A stretch of 64,000 nucleotides of DNA, taken from assembly GCA_951406725.2 (NCBI GenBank), contig OX597839.1, positions 15,624,001 through 15,688,000 on the forward strand. Reading direction: 5' to 3'. The number at the start of each line of letters is the position of its first letter. The first letter of the stretch is position 1. The DNA comes from Octopus vulgaris (lineage: Eukaryota). The notes beneath the pieces are model-generated. The model searched no databases. It had not been told where the DNA came from and saw only the letters and a list, made by a program, of their open reading frames with translations. This document shows, piece after piece, positions 57,681 through 64,000 of the stretch. The position numbers and the translations under genes are program-made.

Positions 57681-58151
57681 TTGGGGCACACAACCTTTGT
57701 GTGTGCCTGTAATATATATATGTGTGTGTGTGTATGTGTAAATGTACGGTCCTACTTGTAAATACATGTATGGATATGTATATATTACACACACACATAT
57801 TTATATAGGAATCTGAAAGCAGAACAACTAACTATCTAACATATGGACAAATTATGCATAGTTTATAGCTTTAATGGCTGTTATTGGTGAAGTAGGCCAA
57901 TGGAATTGTTGTTTCATGAAGATGGTGATGTCGTTGTTGTTGTTGTTTTCAGTGGGTGGTAGGTTTTATATTTGAGTAGCATCTGTAAGTCAACACCACA
58001 CTGATGGGTGAGTGTCTGTCACAGAGATGATGTCTGCCGAGGAATTCTGAGGACACTGTTATGGAACATACTGACAACTTCACATCATGAGTGGGTGGGT
58101 GTTTAATGTGACACACACACATATAATCATGTATGCATGTGTGTGTGCGTG

Positions 58152-58183
<32 letters not shown>

Positions 58184-58684
58184 CACACACATGTATATAT
58201 ATATAAATTATATATCATCATCATCATCAAGTTAAACAATGATGATGATATATGTATATATATTGTCTCACTGTGAAAAATAGACAAGTGGGTTAGGCTG
58301 CATATTTTATTTTACCCCAGGCAATAAAATGACTCAATCTTGTTCAACCTTCACTGGGGTAAAAATACCCATCTGTGCACCAAGTAATTATATAGCTATT
58401 TATAGCGTATACAATCTCAAACAAAGCTAAACTAGTCTGTCTAATTTGCATAAGACTGCACACAGTGATATTGTGGATTAATTAGAATATAGTGTTCTAC
58501 ACAGACATTTTTTTTAGATTCTTTGAAATGTTATGGATTTTTAATAAGCACACAATTTAGCCATAGTCAGTTTTTACTCGCACACACACATAAAGGTATA
58601 TGCCAATATTTTGAAGAACATATATAGGAAAGGCCTCTGAGTTGCAATAGTGTGAAATCTCAGCTTTGAATGAACGTGTATGTA

Positions 58685-59543
58685 TTGGGCCATCCCATAG
58701 ATAATGCAGTTGGAGGGAGATGGGATAAACCAGGTAATATACCTTATCCTTATTCTTAGTGCAAGTTTTGAAGAGTGCAGTTCGATTTTAACAGTTATTT
58801 TTTCAAAGCTATAATGGAAGTGACAAAAGAGCATATTCAGTATATTTTGCTTTATGAGTTCAATAAAGGTAACAACGCAATGGAAAGTGCAAAGAATATT
58901 AATGCAGTATATGGGGATCGGACAACAAGTGTAAGCCAGGGTCAACAATGGTTCCAGAAATTTTGAGATGGAAACTACAACCAAGAAGACGAGCCTCATC
59001 CTGGAAGATCTGTAGAGCTCGATGAGGACGTCCTACAAACCCTGGTGGAACAAAATCCCATCGTGACTGTTAAGGAACTAGCAGAGAAGCTTGGATTTGG
59101 TCATTCAACCATTCATTGATGCCTGTGCTAGAAGAAAAACAACCATCTTTGGTTTCAAGATGAAAGGTGTCCTTCCATCAGGATAATGCTTGGCCACATA
59201 CAGTGAGGATGACATCCCAAAGGCTGGAGCAGTTTGAATGGGAAACAATGTCCCACCCACCATATTTGCCAGTAATTGCCCCATATGATTATCAGTTATT
59301 CCGCAATCTTCAAAATCATTTGGATGGAAAAAATATGAATTCTGTAGAACAGTTCTGAAGGAGTATTTTTCATCACAGACAAGTGAATTTTGAAAGAGGG
59401 GCCTTGCAAGTCTACCAGATAGATGGAAGAGCATTGTAGAAAATGAGGGAGAGTATATTTTAGATTAAAAAAGAACTTTGTCGATCTTAATTTTGAAAAA
59501 TAAAAGAAGTATAAAAATACTGCATTATTTATGGGATGATCCA

Positions 59544-59544
<1 letters not shown>
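58685..59544 (+). mobile_element. Internally deleted mariner element with both TIRs and TA flanks
   Basis: TIRs ttgggccatcccatagataatgca / tgcattatttatgggatgatccag; MEVTKEHIQYILLYEF..WFQKF..EDEPHPGR, HQDNAWPH, HPPYLPVIAPYDYQLF. Confidence 0.88.
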
Positions 59545-59631
<87 letters not shown>

Positions 59632-59760
59632 GTGTGTGTGTGTATTTTTTTATCAGCTATTCTCAAAAGTAATTAATGCTGAAATATTTATAAAGAGCCA
59701 CAAGATTCTCAAATGTGTATTGAAGCACAAACTCTTATTGCATGGTTTCTCTATTTGCAG

Positions 59761-59926
59761 TGTATCAGAGACACTCTACCTAGAGGTGTACTGTACAACG
59801 ATCGGTCCATCCATCATTGTATTGTCAGATAATGGGAAAAGTGAAATGAACTTTGGGAACATCTGTGTTGGACATTCCAGAATGAAATCTCTGACCATTC
59901 AGAACATATCAGATGACACCATCAAA
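59761..59926 (+). CDS. CFAP74: CFAP74 internal exon 11
   Basis: cag|VSETLYLEVYCTTIGPSIIVLSDNGKSEMNFGNICVGHSRMKSLTIQNISDDTIK|gtatccttt; ASH/Ig-like domain start; phase 2 to 0. Confidence 0.88.
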
Positions 59927-61498
59927 GTATCCTTTAAGGCAGTAATTCTCCTTCTACATCACTAAGCTGTCATAATGTATATTGGTGATTTCAGTAGTGT
60001 ATTGTGCATCCATGCTGTGTGCTATGGTAGAGTAGTGTGTTGGGAATGCATACAGGGTACTTGGGCTAAATTTGATGATTTTTCATGTGTCTTTTTTTCA
60101 GGAACAGCTTGATGTATTGCTGAACAGTTATTGGCATTAGAGAGGATAAAGATTGAAGTTGTTGAAAAAGTTAGCTGACATGGAGAACTGGAAGCCATAT
60201 AAGATTTGCTTGTATCATGATGATTCACACCAACATCCTGACTGTGAATTCTGTAAAAGCTGCAAGATGTGACCTGGGCAGCTGCAGCAGAGACCATGAA
60301 ACCATGGTTAGCAGTAAGGGACACAGCAGGGATTCTGCACCCAACAACTGATGAAAATGGCCTTTGGCTTAATTCAGATGGCTATCTGCAGTTACTGGAG
60401 AGGGTTGCTTCTTGAAAGCCATATTTGTGGCAGCAGGATCCAGCACCTTGCCATAGCTCCAGAAAGACCCAGAAGTAGTTCAATGACTTCACCAGCCCCA
60501 TTTTCTGGCCACCTAATTCCCCTGAATGGTTCATTATGTGTGGCGAACAGACACCAACCTTTCTGCCTAAAACATCAAGGTCAAGCTGGTGGTCAATATC
60601 AAGATGTTTGAAGATCTTCTTAGGGACACAATGAGGAATGTATGTGCCAAGTTCTGGAGCCGTCTTGAGGCTGTGGTGGAAGCTGAGGGTGGCTATTTGG
60701 AATGAACTGTTACCTCCTGTTCATAATCTAGTTGATATTTTAAAAAATATTTTTAAATACTTCTATTTTTGGTTGGGATATTGTTTTCTTTTCCTTTTAT
60801 GCAGACTGCCAAATTTAGCCTGAACACCCTGCACTATCTGCTGTCATAGCAAAGAGAAGTGTTACGAGTCTATGCTATCTTTACGCATCTTTTATAACCC
60901 ATCCTTGTAATGTCCTCATCCGTTGCCCTCTGGCAAATAACAATTATTATTATTGTTATTATTATTATAAAGGAAGGCAGCTAGCTGGCAGAATTGTTAG
61001 CACACTGGACAAAATGCTTAGCAGCATTTATCCATTTTCCTTTGGTTTCAAATTATGCTAGGATTGCCTTTGTCTTTCCTCCTTTTCGGGTTGATGAAAT
61101 AAGTACTAGTCAAGCAATGGGGTCAATGAAATTGACTGACCACTTCCCACAAAAGTTTCAGGCCTTGTGCCTGTAGAAGAAATAATTAGTTGTCATTGAT
61201 GACGTTATTATTATTATTAGCATGAGGTCTTTGGATTCCGTTATGCATTATACTTGTCAATATTATTTGATTGTTCTTCACAAGCCTTTCATTAATTTTA
61301 GTTAAACATTTTAGGGTAGAAATTTCTTTCCAGTCAGGGACCATGAAGAAGTCCTTTTAAATAAAAGATATCAACTTCTATTTCAGTTGGCCAAATCATT
61401 TAACATGGTTGTGTTAAAAATGTGTGGAACACTTTAATTTTATTTTGCTTTCAGTGACTCAGTATTAATTATCTTATTGTCCTTAATCTGTTTGATAG
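59927..61498 (+). other. Predicted U12-type (minor spliceosome) GT-AG intron
   Basis: Donor GTATCCTTT; branch-site-like TCCTTAAT at 61480-61487, 11 nt before the intron end; no polypyrimidine tract. Confidence 0.85.
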
Positions 61499-61618
61499 CT
61501 CTCCACATCAGTTTTCAACACAAATGGACCCTTTCTAATCAAAAATTCCTTCCCAACTCTACAACCAAATGATATACATTCATTAGTTGTTTCCTTTTCT
61601 CCTTCCATTGGTGAAGAG
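61499..61618 (+). CDS. CFAP74: CFAP74 internal exon 12
   Basis: tag|LSTSVFNTNGPFLIKNSFPTLQPNDIHSLVVSFSPSIGEE|gtatga; phase 0 to 0. Confidence 0.85.
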
Positions 61619-62746
61619 GTATGATATGTTTCATTATGGCAAGTTAGTTGTTGAAGTAACAATAAAGTTAGAATGAATTTAACTTGTCTTTCTATGCTGC
61701 ACATCAGATAATATTAATATTACTGCTTAGCGTTTTTTGTTTTTTTTCTTTTCACTATATGGCTTTGTGAGAGGAGAAAGGGCTGGGATTCCAAGACTGG
61801 TCAAAGGAAGGAAGGTATTGGCAGACCAGAAACCTCACTCCAATGCTTGCAACAGACTGGGCTCTATTAAACGCACACAGAGGTTAAGCTGTAGTGTTTA
61901 ACCAAGTTACAGATTAAATCTAGCACTCATCATGAACAAGGATGGTCCTTCTGTTGGGCTTACATATTTTCTGCTGATCAAAGTCCACTCATAAGGCTTT
62001 GGTAAAAGATGTTTGTTAGTCTAAGGCTATGGTAGATGTTTGCCAAAGTGACTCATAATGGAACTGAACCTAAACTTATGTAGTTGCAAAGCAAACTTCT
62101 TAACCATACAACCATGCCTACACCCACTTTGCTGAAGTTTGATCAAACATGTTAGCAGATTACATTAAATTTATGGTGAGTACCATGGAGTAGTGGTAGT
62201 ACCTCTGGCAAGCTGAATTTGCAACACAAGTGTGAGGCCCAGTCAAACTATTTGAATGCAATACCCTGAAATTCTCAATAGCTTAAAGAGAGATGAACTC
62301 AGCGTAAATAAACTTATTATTTGGTACACTACAAAAAATAAAGGTAAATGTTTCAAAACACTAACTAATGGCATTCCAACTTTAAGCTAGTTGGTTCATT
62401 AAGATGACAGACTATGATTACTGGGTTAATATCTCATCACTTGCATTGCACTGCATCCATGATTCTCTAATGACCCTATTTTACATAGTGAAAATATATA
62501 AAATCCAGACAATGAGAAAACTGAGAAGAGTTTATATTGTCAACAAATAATCCAAGAGAAAATGTGATAATTAAAATAAATGTAGTTACCATGAGAAAAT
62601 GAATAAGTTTGACATTTAAGGTTCATCTTTTTTATCGATGACATGAAGAGAATTTTTTTTTTCTGATAAAGTCTAAGCCCAAAATGTTAAGCCTTTTCTT
62701 TTTCTCACACTGACTATATCTACCATACTATCTTTATCTTTTTCAG

Positions 62747-62902
62747 TTTTATGAAGTCCTCCAAATCAAGTCAGCAGTATCATGTGTGTATGTCAAGGTA
62801 ACTGGAGTTGGAATTGTTCCAAATCTGAAGTTCTCGTTTGAGGGCAGCATCTTTGATATGGGTTGCATTACTCCTGGAGAATTCTACAACAAAACATTTA
62901 CG
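62747..62902 (+). CDS. CFAP74: CFAP74 internal exon 13
   Basis: cag|FYEVLQIKSAVSCVYVKVTGVGIVPNLKFSFEGSIFDMGCITPGEFYNKTFT|gtaatt; phase 0 to 0; gene continues beyond the window. Confidence 0.85.
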
Positions 62903-63024
62903 GTAATTTATTTTCTCTACTGTGAAAACCTTGAAGATTATGTTTCTGTGATGCCAGATAAATTAGCCTCATCATCTTTATCATTATCAGTGTCATGAAT
63001 ATGTGAATACAGAATTTAGCATAC

Positions 63025-64000
63025 AAGTTGGGGTTCACCAGGGTTAAGTTCTCAGTCCACTCTTATTCATCATTGTCCTCCAGGCCATAAGAGAGGAATT
63101 CAAAACTGGATGTCTGTGGGAACTACTATATGCTGATGACCTGGCTCTTATTGCAGAATCTGTAGTAGAATTGGAGAAGCAATTCCAGGCATGGAAGCAA
63201 AACCTAGAATCAAAGGGCCTTAAAGTTAACCTAGCAAAGACCAAAGCTGTTGTTAGCCAGGAAGTAGATAAGACTCTCTTTCCGTCAGGTAAATGGCTCT
63301 GTTCAGTATGTAGGAAAGGAGTTGGAAGTAATTCCATTCACTGCACCCAGTGTAAGCTCTGAACGCATAAGAGGTGCAATGGAATCACAGATAAATTAAC
63401 AGATAAAATTATCTTTGTATGTGGCAGATGTGCAGGAACAATAAGCATTAAGGGCACACAAGAATTAGACTCTCTCAAATGCCCAGGAGACTCTTGAGGT
63501 TGTAGATAGTTTCTGTTACCTAGGTGACCAAATTAGCAATGGTGGAGGATGCTTTATATAATAATAATAATAATAATAATTGTGTACAGTGCTCAGGTGC
63601 ACTACAACTCATCTAAAGTGTATATATAATCAGGTGAAGTTTCGGCGGATTTCGGAAAGCATGAGGGCCTTAAAAGATGCAGTGTCATGGCAGTCAACAA
63701 CTGACGCAGGCAGTTTATTCCATGCTTCAGCAACTCTGAGCGTGAAAAAATGTTTCCGAAAGTCATGGGAGCTGTATTGTTTTCTGACTTTGTAGGCATG
63801 TCCACGTGTGTTAGACACATGTATTGTTTCTAGAATAAGAATAGGATGGAGGAAGTTCAGAGAGTTATTACCTCTGTTGGCAACAAAAGAACTGTCTCTC
63901 AGAGTGAAAGGTAGATTGTATGAATGCTTGTGTATGAATGCTGAATGGCTATACTTCATGGTAGTGAGACATGGGCTCTGAATGCAAAAGACTTGCATAG
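63025..64000 (+). mobile_element. RTE-clade LINE RT fragment with an internal PHD-like finger, split by a CR1 insertion
   Basis: GVHQG..VLSPLLFIIVL..ELLYADDLALIAES..GLKVNLAKTK..C4HC3 cluster..VVDSFCYLGDQIS|insert|RIRIGWRKFRELLPLL. Confidence 0.85.
63560..63821 (-). mobile_element. CR1/L2-like 3' fragment nested in the RTE element
   Basis: Minus strand SNTRGHAYKVRKQYSSHDFRKHFFTLRVAEAWNKLP with (AAT)n tail. Confidence 0.88.

Overview
AT-rich, microsatellite-laden animal genomic DNA; the repeat content looks cephalopod (Octopus-like, inferred). The host gene is CFAP74 on the + strand: 13 internal coding exons (10268-62902) splice in consistent phase into about 585 aa, and both gene ends lie outside the window. 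One intron (59927-61498) carries U12 minor-spliceosome signals. The rest is mostly mobile DNA: an intact-looking two-ORF Penelope-like element (PLE) on the - strand at the left edge, CR1/L2-like LINEs (one near full length), RTE LINE fragments, mariner/Tc1 relics, a hAT-like MITE and tRNA-derived SINEs. Most notable: (i) in-phase slippery heptamers at the ORF1/ORF2 junctions of both the PLE (U_UUU_UUA) and the CR1-like LINE (G_GGA_AAC), with ORF2 in the -1 frame; (ii) at least four unrelated hammerhead-ribozyme-like repeat families, including a twice-repeated fold-back palindrome and a tRNA-head/hammerhead chimera; (iii) the U12-type intron. All calls were made by eye; TE boundaries are approximate.
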